From Chloroflexota bacterium (lineage in GTDB: Bacteria > Chloroflexota > UBA11872 > VXOZ01): a DNA stretch of 64,000 nt. The DNA lies in assembly GCA_964291655.2 (NCBI GenBank), contig OZ219802.1, forward strand, positions 1,248,001 to 1,312,000. The letters run 5' to 3'. The notes under the pieces are model-generated. The model did no database searches. It saw nothing but the letters and a program-made list of their open reading frames with translations, and was not told where the DNA came from. The number at the start of each line of letters is the position of its first letter. The stretch's first letter is position 1. Of this stretch, positions 19,727 through 29,534 are shown in pieces. The translations under genes were made by a program, and so were the position numbers.

Positions 19727-21025
19727 TCAACGCCCAACCACGGTATCCATGCCCACCAACGGGACGTTGGTGATCAGCGAGGCCTCAAGACTCAGGGCGC
19801 GAAGGTCCTCAGCTTCCAGATCGTGCACGTTGGCTTTGCCGCACGCCCGCGCCAGCAGTTGAATCTCTTGCGTCAAGCTGGCGATAAAATTCGCGAGGTG
19901 CTGCGCCGCGTCCTCGAAACCCGGTAGGTCGGCGATTACTTCGGGTGCGGCGACGTCGTGTCCGTCACCGTCCACGGTGGAAGAGTCTCCGTCTGTTGCC
20001 GGACCGTCCTGCGCCCCTTGCGCCATGATGTGCTGAGCCCAGGGTTCCAAGGAAACAAGCGCGGCGGTGCCAATCGAAACGGCATCCACACCCAGCGCCA
20101 GCGCCTTGGCAACATCAGCCCCGCTGCGAATGCCCCCGCAGAGTATCAAGTTGACCTCATCTTCCAGTCCCAGTTCCTCCAGGGCGCGCCGCGCCTGACA
20201 GACCGCCGCGATCCCGGGCACCCCGGTGTGCTCATTCAGGATTGCCGGGCCGGTAGATGCGCCGGCTTCCATCCCCTCGACGGTCACTATGTCCGCGCCT
20301 GCTTTCGCTGCCAGCAGGACGTCATCGTAGACGTGCGCGGCACTGATCTTGACGATGACGGGTACCTGCCAATCAGTTGCTTCCCGCAACTCCTCCACCT
20401 TCTTCGGCAGGTCATCCGACCCTACCCAGTCGGGGTGCCGCGTCGGTGAGTGAGAAAGCCGTGAATAGGCGGTCTCTTTGACAGATGACAGGCTTCTATC
20501 GCGGCTATTCCGGTCGAGCATGCCGATACTCGGACTCACTCCCCGCACACTGACAAGCTCTATTACGTCGGCCTGCAAGAGATGCCGCGGCCTAAAGCCG
20601 ATGCGGTTTGGCAGCACTTCATAGGAGAGGAGCTTCGCAAACTGACGCTCCGCTGCCAACATGCCGCCATGTCCGGCGGTGTAGAGAATGCCGGCTCGCG
20701 CGGCCCCATACGCCAGCGCAGCCCGCACCGCGGGCGGCAGTAATTTTGCGCCCATACCGGCAATGGTCACCGGCGTACTGAGCACAAGCGGTTGCGCGGC
20801 AAAGCGCGTCCCGAGGGTAGTGGTGGTGGTGCATTGCTCGTAGAAGGCTTCCAGCGGCACGCGGCTTAGTGAGCACGGGATCAACGAAAGATCGTCAAAG
20901 GTTGGAAGGTTCCGGGAGCGGACGGAACGCCCTACACGGAATCGCCCGGTTTCAGCCTTCTCTTGTATTTCAGCGTCCAAGTTCGCGGAATGGGTTGCAC
21001 CGTCAGTGTTCTCCAGCGAATCCAT
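19727..21025 (-). CDS. FMN-binding glutamate synthase family protein (GlxD/MgsC-like), degenerate motifs
   Basis: 'PTFDDL', 'RHPDWVGSDDL' and 'GGIRSGADVAKALALG'; GGAGG RBS before the ATG at 21025. Confidence 0.8.
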   Translation of the reverse strand: MDSLENTDGATHSANLDAEIQEKAETGRFRVGRSVRSRNLPTFDDLSLIPCSLSRVPLEAFYEQCTTTTTLGTRFAAQPLVLSTPVTIAGMGAKLLPPAVRAALAYGAARAGILYTAGHGGMLAAERQFAKLLSYEVLPNRIGFRPRHLLQADVIELVSVRGVSPSIGMLDRNSRDRSLSSVKETAYSRLSHSPTRHPDWVGSDDLPKKVEELREATDWQVPVIVKISAAHVYDDVLLAAKAGADIVTVEGMEAGASTGPAILNEHTGVPGIAAVCQARRALEELGLEDEVNLILCGGIRSGADVAKALALGVDAVSIGTAALVSLEPWAQHIMAQGAQDGPATDGDSSTVDGDGHDVAAPEVIADLPGFEDAAQHLANFIASLTQEIQLLARACGKANVHDLEAEDLRALSLEASLITNVPLVGMDTVVGR

Positions 21026-21033
21026 AACTGGCT

Positions 21034-21714
21034 CTAACCTCCGGTACTTAGGACGCTCTCCGAACTTCCGGCGCCAGTGTCGCCGGCGCAAAACTTACGG
21101 AATTGACGCCCGTGCGACAGGCCGGCTGCGGCGACAGTCTCTGCGAGGTAGGTGCGCTCTTCCGGCGTCGGCTCTGTTTCCATTACACCTTCGCCAAGCT
21201 GCTTTACTGCTCCCGCCACAAAGATGCGGCCGCCATTCATGCCGTGACCCAGCCGTTCGCCGGCGTTGCCGCAAACGATGAGGTCACCGTGGTGCATCAT
21301 GAAGCCGCTCATGTAGCCCACGTTTCCCCCTACTATCACCATACCATCAACCATCCCGATTCCGGTGCGCGCGGCCGCATTTCCGTGCACGCACACCATG
21401 CCGCCGTGTATGGCGGCGCCTGTGGCATTGCCCGCGTGCCCGCTCACGACAACACTCCCGCTTTGCAGGCCCTCGCCCGTGCTCCACCCGGCGCTGCCAT
21501 GGACCTCGACTCTAGGCCCGTCCCCCATGGCGCCGCAATAGAAGCCCACACTGCCCGCAAAGATGAGGTGCACAGGTGAAAACAGTGCCACCCCGAGACT
21601 GTGCCGACCCCGCGGGTCGTACACGTGGATGTCGCGCTCGCCTTGCTCGATCGCGCGCCGGATGAGCTGGTTTACTTCTCGCGTGGAGCTATCAACTGCT
21701 TCAATAAAGAACAT
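21034..21714 (-). CDS. GXGXG-motif glutamate synthase C-terminal/FwdC-like subunit (GlxC/MgsB-like)
   Basis: Repeated GxxGxxxG beta-helix motifs; 'GRHSLGV' and 'GSVGFYCG'. Confidence 0.85.
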   Translation of the reverse strand: MFFIEAVDSSTREVNQLIRRAIEQGERDIHVYDPRGRHSLGVALFSPVHLIFAGSVGFYCGAMGDGPRVEVHGSAGWSTGEGLQSGSVVVSGHAGNATGAAIHGGMVCVHGNAAARTGIGMVDGMVIVGGNVGYMSGFMMHHGDLIVCGNAGERLGHGMNGGRIFVAGAVKQLGEGVMETEPTPEERTYLAETVAAAGLSHGRQFRKFCAGDTGAGSSESVLSTGG

Positions 21715-21723
21715 TGCTGCGTT

Positions 21724-22680
21724 CTAAGGTGAGGTTGTCTGTTCAGAATGATCTGCAGTGAGCGGGGATCGTGTAGTCCAAACGTGCACTTCTTTGGCGT
21801 CGGGCTCCCAGGTGACCAAGTCCTGTTCGAGTCCCTCGCAGACGGCGGCGGCTTCCGAGCTTACTACCACGAACTCATCGGTCTCGGCAATGACCAGCGG
21901 CCGCGCACCCATAAAATCTTTGGCTGCGCCTAGCTCCTTTTCAGTGGCTACGACATAGGCGTACGTGCCGTCGAGCGCGTCCAGAGAGGCGCGCATCGCG
22001 TCCTCGAGAGAAGCCCCTTGCTCCATTTCCATGGCGAGGAACGTGCCGATAAGTTCCGCGTCGTTCGTGGTAAAGAAGCGCTGACCATGTGACTCGTACT
22101 TGCGGCGCAGCTTATGGTAGTTCGTGATCTGCCCGGCGTGCGCCACCGCCACATCCGGACGCGGGCGCGCCCAAAATGGCTGCGAATGGCTCATGTCTAC
22201 CCTACTTTCAGTAGCGAGACGGGCCTGGCCGATCATGTGGGTACCTCGTATCGCGGAAAGAGCGTACTGTTCTTCAAGATGGTCGATGGAGCCTACGTCT
22301 TTGATGATGCTCAGACGCCGGCCGACGCTGAAACACTCAACGCCGCCGATCTCGCTGACGCTCTCCACGACGTCGACGACGCCGTATACGTCTTCGACGG
22401 TATTGAGCACGAGACTCAGGGTATGGCCCACCATGCGAGACTTGACCACATTGGCCTTGCGGCCCACGCGCCGCACGACGCGCCCGCTCAGCATGCGCAC
22501 GTCATCGCCCTCGATCTTCACGACCACCAGCACTTGGCCGCGCACCTCCGGCATAAAGAAGGCGGCCCCGGTAGAATCGGGCGCGTGCGGCGAAAGCGAA
22601 CGCAGCATCCTGAGCGCGATACGGCCGATCGGCGCATAGCCTTCGCCAGCGCGATCGAGGTAGCCTACGACCCCATACAC
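21724..22680 (-). CDS. Class II glutamine amidotransferase-like subunit (GlxB/MgsA-like) lacking the catalytic Cys
   Basis: 'RLATES', 'HSQPF', 'TTNDAE', 'LDGTY' and 'RPLVIAE'; N-terminus reads MYGVVG. Confidence 0.8.
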   Translation of the reverse strand: MYGVVGYLDRAGEGYAPIGRIALRMLRSLSPHAPDSTGAAFFMPEVRGQVLVVVKIEGDDVRMLSGRVVRRVGRKANVVKSRMVGHTLSLVLNTVEDVYGVVDVVESVSEIGGVECFSVGRRLSIIKDVGSIDHLEEQYALSAIRGTHMIGQARLATESRVDMSHSQPFWARPRPDVAVAHAGQITNYHKLRRKYESHGQRFFTTNDAELIGTFLAMEMEQGASLEDAMRASLDALDGTYAYVVATEKELGAAKDFMGARPLVIAETDEFVVVSSEAAAVCEGLEQDLVTWEPDAKEVHVWTTRSPLTADHSEQTTSP

Positions 22681-23053
22681 AGTTTATACCTCCCCCTCTA
22701 TCATACGCCTAACGTCCGGATCGTACGCCCTGAACGCTCCATCCCCAACTTTGTCGAGGCACTAATCGCTCAAGTTGACAACGTACCACAATTGCGCGCC
22801 CGCACTGGCCGGAAACGTGGGTTTGAAGCCTGCGCACTCTCAGCCTGGAAGCGTATGCGAACTTGCGCCGTTTCCACCTGCGATCCCACCATACTAGCCC
22901 CATGCCAGCCTGCAATCTAGCCTCCATCCGGGCGAGATGTCCTTCCGATGTGCGGGCTTGATCGGTGCGCGTGGCGCACGCAGCACACACCGCCTCACGG
23001 TCCGTTCTAGTTTCCCATGCAGTGCCTGGCTGGGCAAACGCAACCTTGCCTGC

Positions 23054-23083
23054 TTGACCCTCTATTTGGGAGGCACCTATAAT
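23054..23083 (+). promoter_or_regulatory. Sigma70 promoter upstream of tRNA-Thr
   Basis: TTGACC-N18-TATAAT. Confidence 0.6.
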
Positions 23084-23166
23084 TCAAGTGTACCCCTTGG
23101 ATGGGTTGTCAACCCGAGTACGCGGAGTTCAATGCCGAAACGCGGTTTTCCAGCCAAGAATTACCC

Positions 23167-23238
23167 GCCGACGTAGCTCAATGGCAGAGCAGCGGTTTTG
23201 TAAACCGCAGGCTATGGGTTCGAATCCCTTCGTCGGCT
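23167..23238 (+). tRNA. tRNA-Thr(TGT)
   Basis: Acceptor stem GCCGACG/CGTCGGC, anticodon arm GCGGT-TTTGTAA-ACCGC and GGTTCGAATCC T-arm; no encoded CCA. Confidence 0.95.
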
Positions 23239-23532
23239 CTGATTAAAGCAGATAGCGTCGCTCCCGGCGGCAAGAACTCACGAGGCCGACTCTCCTGTTC
23301 TAGCTGCGCCGTATTGGGAGAAGAAACTCTGCTCAACCAAGACGGAAAACCAGTTAGACTTCCTCTTCCCAGGAAGAGGGAACCTCTTCACCGTTTGGGC
23401 CCAATTCCTCGTGTCCGTCCGAACTTCGCAAGAGTCTCTTTGGGAGAAACAGCAGCGCAGGGAGCCGCAGCAGCACTTTGCTCGTGCATTCCACACCGCA
23501 GCTATTGCTACCAAGCCAAAGGGAAGTGAGAC

Positions 23533-25776
23533 GTGGCGCGTTCTTCCCCCATGTACGTATCGATCGAGGTCCAGCCTGAGCCCGGGACTGAGCCGGACCG
23601 CTGCGACGTTGCGTTCCATGGCAGAGACGGCGCGGTGGACCGGGGCCTCGCGCTCACCTTGCCGGCGGGCAGAATCGGCGCCTGGGAATTTATGGTTACC
23701 GTCCGTGACACCGTAAGTGTCGGCGGCGGCTTCCTCTTCCAACGCCATGGCTTTCTGCTCGGGCACCGTGTGCAGGACTACAATCCGCGCGGTCGCGACT
23801 ATGTGACGCTGGAATCGAGTGCGGCGGCGCAGTTACGTCTGGTGGTGAATTCGCTTAACCAGTCCCACCGGCCCAGCTTTGCGCAAGTAATCGTGACGGA
23901 CGGCGCGCTCGCGCCCGGCGATTGCTTCACGCTGCGGGTGGGCGACCGGCGTCAAGGCGGCGCGGGCAGCGAGGTGTATGACTCTACGACACTTGGCAAA
24001 CTTGTGATTGCCGTCGACCGTAACGGTGGCGGGACGTACCGGACGCTGGCGTGCAGCCCGGCGACAATTCGAATTATTGCCGAACCCCACGCGGACATGC
24101 TGCGCGTGCTCGGCCCCTCGGTTGTTGCGCCGGACGAACCGTTCGCCGTGCATCTCATTGCCTTCGACCGGCATCGTAATGTTTGTGACCAGTATCGGGG
24201 GACGGTAGCACTCTCGAGTTCTGACGGGAAAAGCGGCATGCTCCCGCCAACTGTCACATTCACCGCGCGGGAACAGGGAATCCAGATTGTCGACAACGTG
24301 AGTCTCTCGTCTCCTGGGCTATACCGTTTCGCTGCCGAAGACGAAACTAACGGCTTGCAGGCACTGAGCAATCCCACGCTCTGCGAGCCGGAACCGCAGA
24401 GACGCCTCTACTGGGGCGAGTTGCACTGCCATAGCTGGGGCGATACCACCCTCTCCCTGATGAGTGAGCCGAATTTCAAGGTACACCCCGCCCGCCGGCA
24501 CGAGCAGGCGCGGCAGGTGGGACGCCTGGACTTCTGCGCGCCGGGGCCGATGTCCGCGCCCAATGACGAAGACCGTCCGGAAGTGTGGCAGGCGCACCAA
24601 GAGGCCTACCGTGCCAATGACAAGCCGGGCGCGTACGTGCCACTCCTTGCCTACGAGGCTCATCCGGGCAAAGGTGGCGACCGGAACGTGGTGTTCCTTG
24701 GCGAAGAGTCAACCCACTTACCCATGAAAGCATCCATGGACGCTGTCATGGCCGCCTATGGTTCACGCGATGATGTATTACTTGAGGCCCACATTGGCGG
24801 CGGTCCGCCTAACTGGACGGCATACCCCACTGAGGAAGCGCCGCTGCTGGAGGTCACGAGCGGTCACGGGGCGTTCGAGTGGGTGCTGCAACGGGCGCTG
24901 CGGCATGGCTACCATCCCGCCGTAATTGGCTCCAGCGACGTGCATTTGCCCACCCTCGGCGCGCCCATGGCAGCCCACTGCTTCCGGGGTCGCTTTAACC
25001 ACGAGTTGAACATTCGCGACACGGCCTTTGGCAGCGGTCAAGTGGCCGGGGTCTACGCGGCAGCCTGCGAGCGGGTGGCAATCTGGCAGGCGATCCAGGA
25101 CCGGCGTACGTTTGCTACCACCGGCGCGCGCATCATACTGGACGTTCGTGTGAACGGCGAGCCGGCTGGCAGCATCGTTGCTTCGTCTGAGGCGGCGAGC
25201 GTGAGAATTGCTGTCCATGCCTGCGCGCCTATCGAGCGCGTGGACTTGATCAGAGGCGACCGCTGCCTGGCGTCATGGTTCCCCGGCACGTTGGACGCCA
25301 CCCTTGATTACACGGATGAACAGCCATTGCGGGAGGGGGCGTATTACGTGCGCCTGCGCCAGACCGACGGCGAATACGCGTGGAGCACGCCGGTGTGGGT
25401 CGCATGCGCTCATGGCAGCGCAACACCCGACCCCAGCCTGCCGCATTGGAACGCCCACGAGCCGGTAGACCTGGCAAGCCTGCGCCCAAGTGGAGCCGAG
25501 CAGTACACAGCCGCTCTCCTGAAATACCTAGAGATAGAGGAAGACCCGGCGCTGTTCCGAGACCTCACTCCGATCAAGCTCCTGGAGGAAGCGCCCGGCC
25601 GCGCGGCCTTGTTCTACGCCTACTATGCCGCCGACGGCTGGCCGGTGAGCATCCGCTGGTACTATGAATTCGACCTGCCGCGCATCCACGTGGACTGGGG
25701 CTGGCGCGATTTCGGCGCGCGTCCCACACCCACCAACATCACCGAACCGGCGGAAGAGAAACCGCCCCTGGCTTAG
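23533..25776 (+). CDS. DUF3604-like / PHP-fold metallohydrolase
   Basis: 'LYWGELHCHS', 'GSSDVH', 'RRTFATTGARI' and 'YYVRLRQTDGEYAWSTPVWV'. Confidence 0.75.
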   Translation: MARSSPMYVSIEVQPEPGTEPDRCDVAFHGRDGAVDRGLALTLPAGRIGAWEFMVTVRDTVSVGGGFLFQRHGFLLGHRVQDYNPRGRDYVTLESSAAAQLRLVVNSLNQSHRPSFAQVIVTDGALAPGDCFTLRVGDRRQGGAGSEVYDSTTLGKLVIAVDRNGGGTYRTLACSPATIRIIAEPHADMLRVLGPSVVAPDEPFAVHLIAFDRHRNVCDQYRGTVALSSSDGKSGMLPPTVTFTAREQGIQIVDNVSLSSPGLYRFAAEDETNGLQALSNPTLCEPEPQRRLYWGELHCHSWGDTTLSLMSEPNFKVHPARRHEQARQVGRLDFCAPGPMSAPNDEDRPEVWQAHQEAYRANDKPGAYVPLLAYEAHPGKGGDRNVVFLGEESTHLPMKASMDAVMAAYGSRDDVLLEAHIGGGPPNWTAYPTEEAPLLEVTSGHGAFEWVLQRALRHGYHPAVIGSSDVHLPTLGAPMAAHCFRGRFNHELNIRDTAFGSGQVAGVYAAACERVAIWQAIQDRRTFATTGARIILDVRVNGEPAGSIVASSEAASVRIAVHACAPIERVDLIRGDRCLASWFPGTLDATLDYTDEQPLREGAYYVRLRQTDGEYAWSTPVWVACAHGSATPDPSLPHWNAHEPVDLASLRPSGAEQYTAALLKYLEIEEDPALFRDLTPIKLLEEAPGRAALFYAYYAADGWPVSIRWYYEFDLPRIHVDWGWRDFGARPTPTNITEPAEEKPPLA

Positions 25777-25838
25777 AATCTGATAACTGACGGCAACCGC
25801 GCCGAACTACTCCCAGCGTGCAGCGTTCCGTCATTCCC

Positions 25839-26094
25839 TGTAAGTGTCAGGTAATTCGTTGACAGACTTGAGAACAAAAGCAACCTTTCGCAGTGTTAGA
25901 CATGACTAGCACACATGTCATTCCGAACGAAGCGCAGCGAAGAGAGGAATCTAGTGTGCTGAAGCCGTTAAAGTGCGTTGAGCAGGGACCCTAGATTCCG
26001 CGAACATCGTTCGACGCTCCGCTCGGAATGACATGCACCGTCAACTCCTCAGAATGGAAAGCGGACTCTGTCAACGATTTACTCAACTCTTACA
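25839..26094. mobile_element. MITE family A (TGTAAGTGTCAGGTAATTCGTTGACAG ends) inserted in a CGTC REP
   Basis: 27-bp imperfect TIRs; splits GTCATTCC|GGCGCAAGCCGGAATCCAG with ATTCC repeated; near-identical inverted copy at 45129-45382. Confidence 0.7.
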
Positions 26095-26309
26095 ATTCCG
26101 GCGCAAGCCGGAATCCAGGGAGGGGAGATACCCATTGCACACTCACTTGGATTTCGGCCGCAGTCCAAGACTCTTGCGCGGCGCTGGAACCCAATGTTGA
26201 AGACAGCCATCCGCGCGGCCATTGCCATTCTCGCTTGCGCGGGAATTAGCGCGTGATGGCAAGAAAACAATGTGAAGAGTAGCCTTTCCCAAAATGGAGG
26301 TACAGTGCT

Positions 26310-27344
26310 ATGCGCCCACTCGCTTTTGAATACGACCTCTCGCAACACATCGACGAAGCGGAACCCGCCATGCTCTTTACCGGCTCCTCGGTCTAAGAGT
26401 TGCGCGACTGGCAAGCGCGCTTCCGCGCCAAGGTGCTGAGCTTGCTAGGCATCCTGCCGGAACGCGCCGCCCTTGTGGTTGAGTATGAAGAAGAAACGGA
26501 CTGCGGGAGCTACACCCGCCACAAGATTCGCTACCAAACCGAGGCAGCGGTCTGGGTACCGGCGTATCTCCTGGTACCGAAGGGTGTATCCGCAACGCAG
26601 CAATCGGCGGCGATTCTCTGTCTGCACGGGCACGGGCAATACGGCAAAGACAGTGTGGTCGGCATTGATGACACGCCGGAGCGCGCAGCGAATGTGAAGC
26701 GCCTGCAATACGACTTCGGCCGCCGCTTTGCCGAACAGGGGTACGTGGTGCTCGCGCCGGACCTGCGCGGCTTCGGTGAGCGTCAGCCCCACTACCCTGA
26801 CCCCAAGCCCGACTACTGCTGCCGCAACTACATGGCCGCTACGCTGTTGGGCCGCACCGTGGTCGGCTATCAGCTCTGCGACCTGCACGCGGCCTTGGAC
26901 GTGCTGGAATCGCTGCCATTTGTGGATTCTGAAAAGCTGGCCGCGGCGGGACTCTCCTACGGCGGGCGCATGACGATGATGATCAGCGCCATGGACGACC
27001 GTATCAAGGTCTGCGTGCCTTCCGGGTGCCTGAACATGTACCAGGAACGCTACCAGAACCTGCACCAGTGCGGATCGCAGCTCATTCCCAGCTTGTTACT
27101 GTATGGCGACACCCCTGAGATCTTCTCGCTCATTGCGCCGCGCCCGATGGTCATCGAATGGGGCCTGCAGGATAAGCTCATTCCCCATGAGTGGGCCGAG
27201 CGCGGCCTCGCCCGCATTCGCAAAGCCTACGCCGCCTCCGGCCAACCGGACAACCTCACCGTGCACCAATTCGACAAAGGCCACGTTTTCGAAGGCACTG
27301 TGGGCGAGGAGATGCTGCACCAGTGGCGGCAGGGCGTAGAATGA
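26310..27344 (+). pseudogene. Alpha/beta hydrolase (dienelactone hydrolase/acetyl xylan esterase-like) with an in-frame TAA at codon 29
   Basis: GGAGG RBS and ATG at 26310 are in frame with ORF 26400..27344; TAA at 26394-26396; 'LCLHGHG' and 'GLSYGG' nucleophile motif. Confidence 0.65.
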
Positions 27345-27406
27345 AAGGAGGGAGCATTCGTTAGAACTCGCGCAAATCCTGACCGCAGACGAGGGGCGAA
27401 CATGGC

Positions 27407-28834
27407 GTGAAGAGACCTATCGCAACACTCGTGCTGGGCCTCGGCCTGGCGCTTCTATCCGCCACTTCCATCGGCGCCAGCGTTGGTTGTCAGTTCGTAC
27501 TGGGCTTCAAGACGCTGCGGGACATCGTCGGTCACGAAACCGTGGGCGGATGCCTGGAGAACGAACACCACAACGCCAGTGGCGATGGCGTGCAGCACAC
27601 CACCGGTGGGCTCTTGGTCTGGCGCAAGCAGGACAACTGGACTGCCTTCACAGACGGCTATCGCACGTGGATCAACGGCCCCAACGGCCTGCAGCAACGG
27701 CTGAATACCGAGCGCTTCCCGTGGGAGCATGACTACGCACCCGGTGGCGGCGTCGCAACGCCGACCCCAACACCGATTCCACCTACTCCAACGCCTACTC
27801 CTACTCCTACTCCTACTCCTACCCCAAGGATAGATCCCCGCCTGGGCCGGGCATTGCAGGCGCTTCAGACAACATTTCTCGGCCGGACATACCACGCCTG
27901 GTTCACCGAGGCAGCACCCAGCATGACGTTTGGCACCGTGCCGGAAGGCTGGACGTCCCGCTACCATGACCCGCCGCGCAACGAGATCGTCATTGACACG
28001 GCTCTGCGCAGCGAGAGTGCCGACGTGCTCGCGGCCCTCATCGCCTGGGAAACGGTGCTGGCGGTCAATAGCAAGCGCCGCGGTCCACAAAGCGAGCGCT
28101 GGCGCTCCGGGGCAGACTGTCTGAACGAGGTGGTTGACGCCGAAGTAGCTCTCGCCCGCTGGTGGATTTCGCGCTTTGGCCATGAGGGCTTGAGCAATCC
28201 CAGGACAGCAACGGAGCGAATGCTCAATCTACTTGCACAGCGCTACCGCCAGGAATACCTGGAATTTTCGGTGCTATCGTCTTCGGCGTACCGTGAGTGG
28301 TGCGCGCAATACGGCACGCTGCCGCCTATTCCCACACCAGAGCAGTTCGTCGACCCCTTGCTTGAAACAGCGCTCCAGCTCATGCGGACCACAGCCTTCG
28401 GTGAGGACCTCTATGCGGCCTACCTGCAATCCAATGTCCATTACCTAGGCTTTGCCGACTTAAGCCGCGTTGATGTGCCGAACGTCTTGGGCATCTATGA
28501 CGCGAAACGCGGCCGCGTTTTCCTCGACGATACTCTCCGCGAAGCCAGTCAGTATGTGCGCGTGGCCGTGCTGGTGCATGAATTGTTCCACGCCCGGCCT
28601 GGTAACGACTATACAGACTATTCCACGGAGAAGTGCTTCGAGGAGGAAATACTCGCGTTCAGCGCGCAAGCGAAATGGTGGTACGAAAAATTCGGCGTAC
28701 GGGGCAAGCGCAATCCAACAAAGGCTGAGCGGCGCGAAAACTATATCTTAAGGGAGTGGCTGGCGGGACGTACCGATGACTTGGTGCGCCAGAGCGAAGG
28801 CTACCAGGAAGTATGTGCACGGCATGGTGACTAG
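27407..28834 (+). CDS. Secreted protein with PT-repeat linker and duplicated zincin-like domain
   Basis: Signal peptide, 'CQFVLGF...WRKQDNWTAFTDGYRTWINGP' domain, (PT)n linker and 'VHELFH' HExxH motif. Confidence 0.7.
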   Translation: MKRPIATLVLGLGLALLSATSIGASVGCQFVLGFKTLRDIVGHETVGGCLENEHHNASGDGVQHTTGGLLVWRKQDNWTAFTDGYRTWINGPNGLQQRLNTERFPWEHDYAPGGGVATPTPTPIPPTPTPTPTPTPTPTPRIDPRLGRALQALQTTFLGRTYHAWFTEAAPSMTFGTVPEGWTSRYHDPPRNEIVIDTALRSESADVLAALIAWETVLAVNSKRRGPQSERWRSGADCLNEVVDAEVALARWWISRFGHEGLSNPRTATERMLNLLAQRYRQEYLEFSVLSSSAYREWCAQYGTLPPIPTPEQFVDPLLETALQLMRTTAFGEDLYAAYLQSNVHYLGFADLSRVDVPNVLGIYDAKRGRVFLDDTLREASQYVRVAVLVHELFHARPGNDYTDYSTEKCFEEEILAFSAQAKWWYEKFGVRGKRNPTKAERRENYILREWLAGRTDDLVRQSEGYQEVCARHGD

Positions 28835-29306
28835 GCACGCGGGACTGCAACCCGTCAAGCGGCGTTCGACCGCACGATTTGCAGGAAAGGCCGTGATTGA
28901 GTCGGGGTGCAGGGGTGCCTTTCGACCAAACGATCGGTCTGCCACGAGCAGATCTTGGCCTTGCGCTCATCAAGAGACGTAAAGCCTTCAGGTAGATAAA
29001 GGGCTCGCTCGAGCCGCCGGCGTGCTCTGTTGCATTGGTAGGCAGCGCATGTAGTCGCCCCGCTGTTGCCCATGCAGGTTGGTCCGGTTGACCGCCTTTC
29101 TCTCAATCCCCCACCGGTAGATTGCGTACACGTCCGTCGGCGTGGGCAGGCGTAATGTCACGCCAAAGGGAAAAGGATACGAATCAGCAGCGTGGTGTTT
29201 GCAGCGTTATGCTCGGTTTGAGTTAGGCAGAGACAAAGGAGAGTTATGCCAAGCGCCTGGCTCTCGGCATAACCGCTGTCACCTTCACCGAGAGTGCGGC
29301 GAGGGC

Positions 29307-29335
29307 TTGAAGCAAGCTTTGCGCTGCGCTACCAT
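29307..29335 (+). promoter_or_regulatory. Sigma70-type promoter driving the structured leader
   Basis: TTGAAG-N17-TACCAT, placing the TSS at ~29341-29342. Confidence 0.55.
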
Positions 29336-29340
29336 CGAAA

Positions 29341-29520
29341 GTGGCGAGTCCCGCGCCGAACTCTCTGACCGGGTACCTGCGCTGTCCGGCTGATGCGAGA
29401 GCAAAGGGGATTGGTGTCCTCGGGAATGCATGCCGCCGGAGCTACGATCTCGGCTGTTGTTGTGACGTTTCTCACAGGGAGAAGCCAGTGCGCGCAGGGT
29501 CTTGGCTGCTCTCCTCGCGA
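29341..29520 (+). ncRNA. Candidate structured RNA (multi-stem, kissing-loop) in the 5' leader of the BtrH-like gene
   Basis: Closing stem GCGAG/CTCGC, several internal hairpins and 7-bp loop-loop complementarity CCTGCGC/GCGCAGG. Confidence 0.55.
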
Positions 29521-29534
29521 GAAAAGGTTTCAAC

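Noticed and set aside
23167-23540. tRNA-anchored genomic island
   Set aside because: No integrase and no duplicated tRNA 3' end seen in the window.
29461-29476. CRP/FNR-type box TGTGA-N6-TCACA
   Set aside because: A perfect consensus match, but it lies ~120 nt downstream of the predicted TSS inside the folded leader and is equally explained as an RNA hairpin. Not excluded, but not called.
29341-29520. Known riboswitch (cobalamin, lysine, c-di-AMP, c-di-GMP)
   Set aside because: Only fragments match (GGGAA, AAGCCAG, CGCCGAA, GCAAAG); the order and core motifs of those families are absent.
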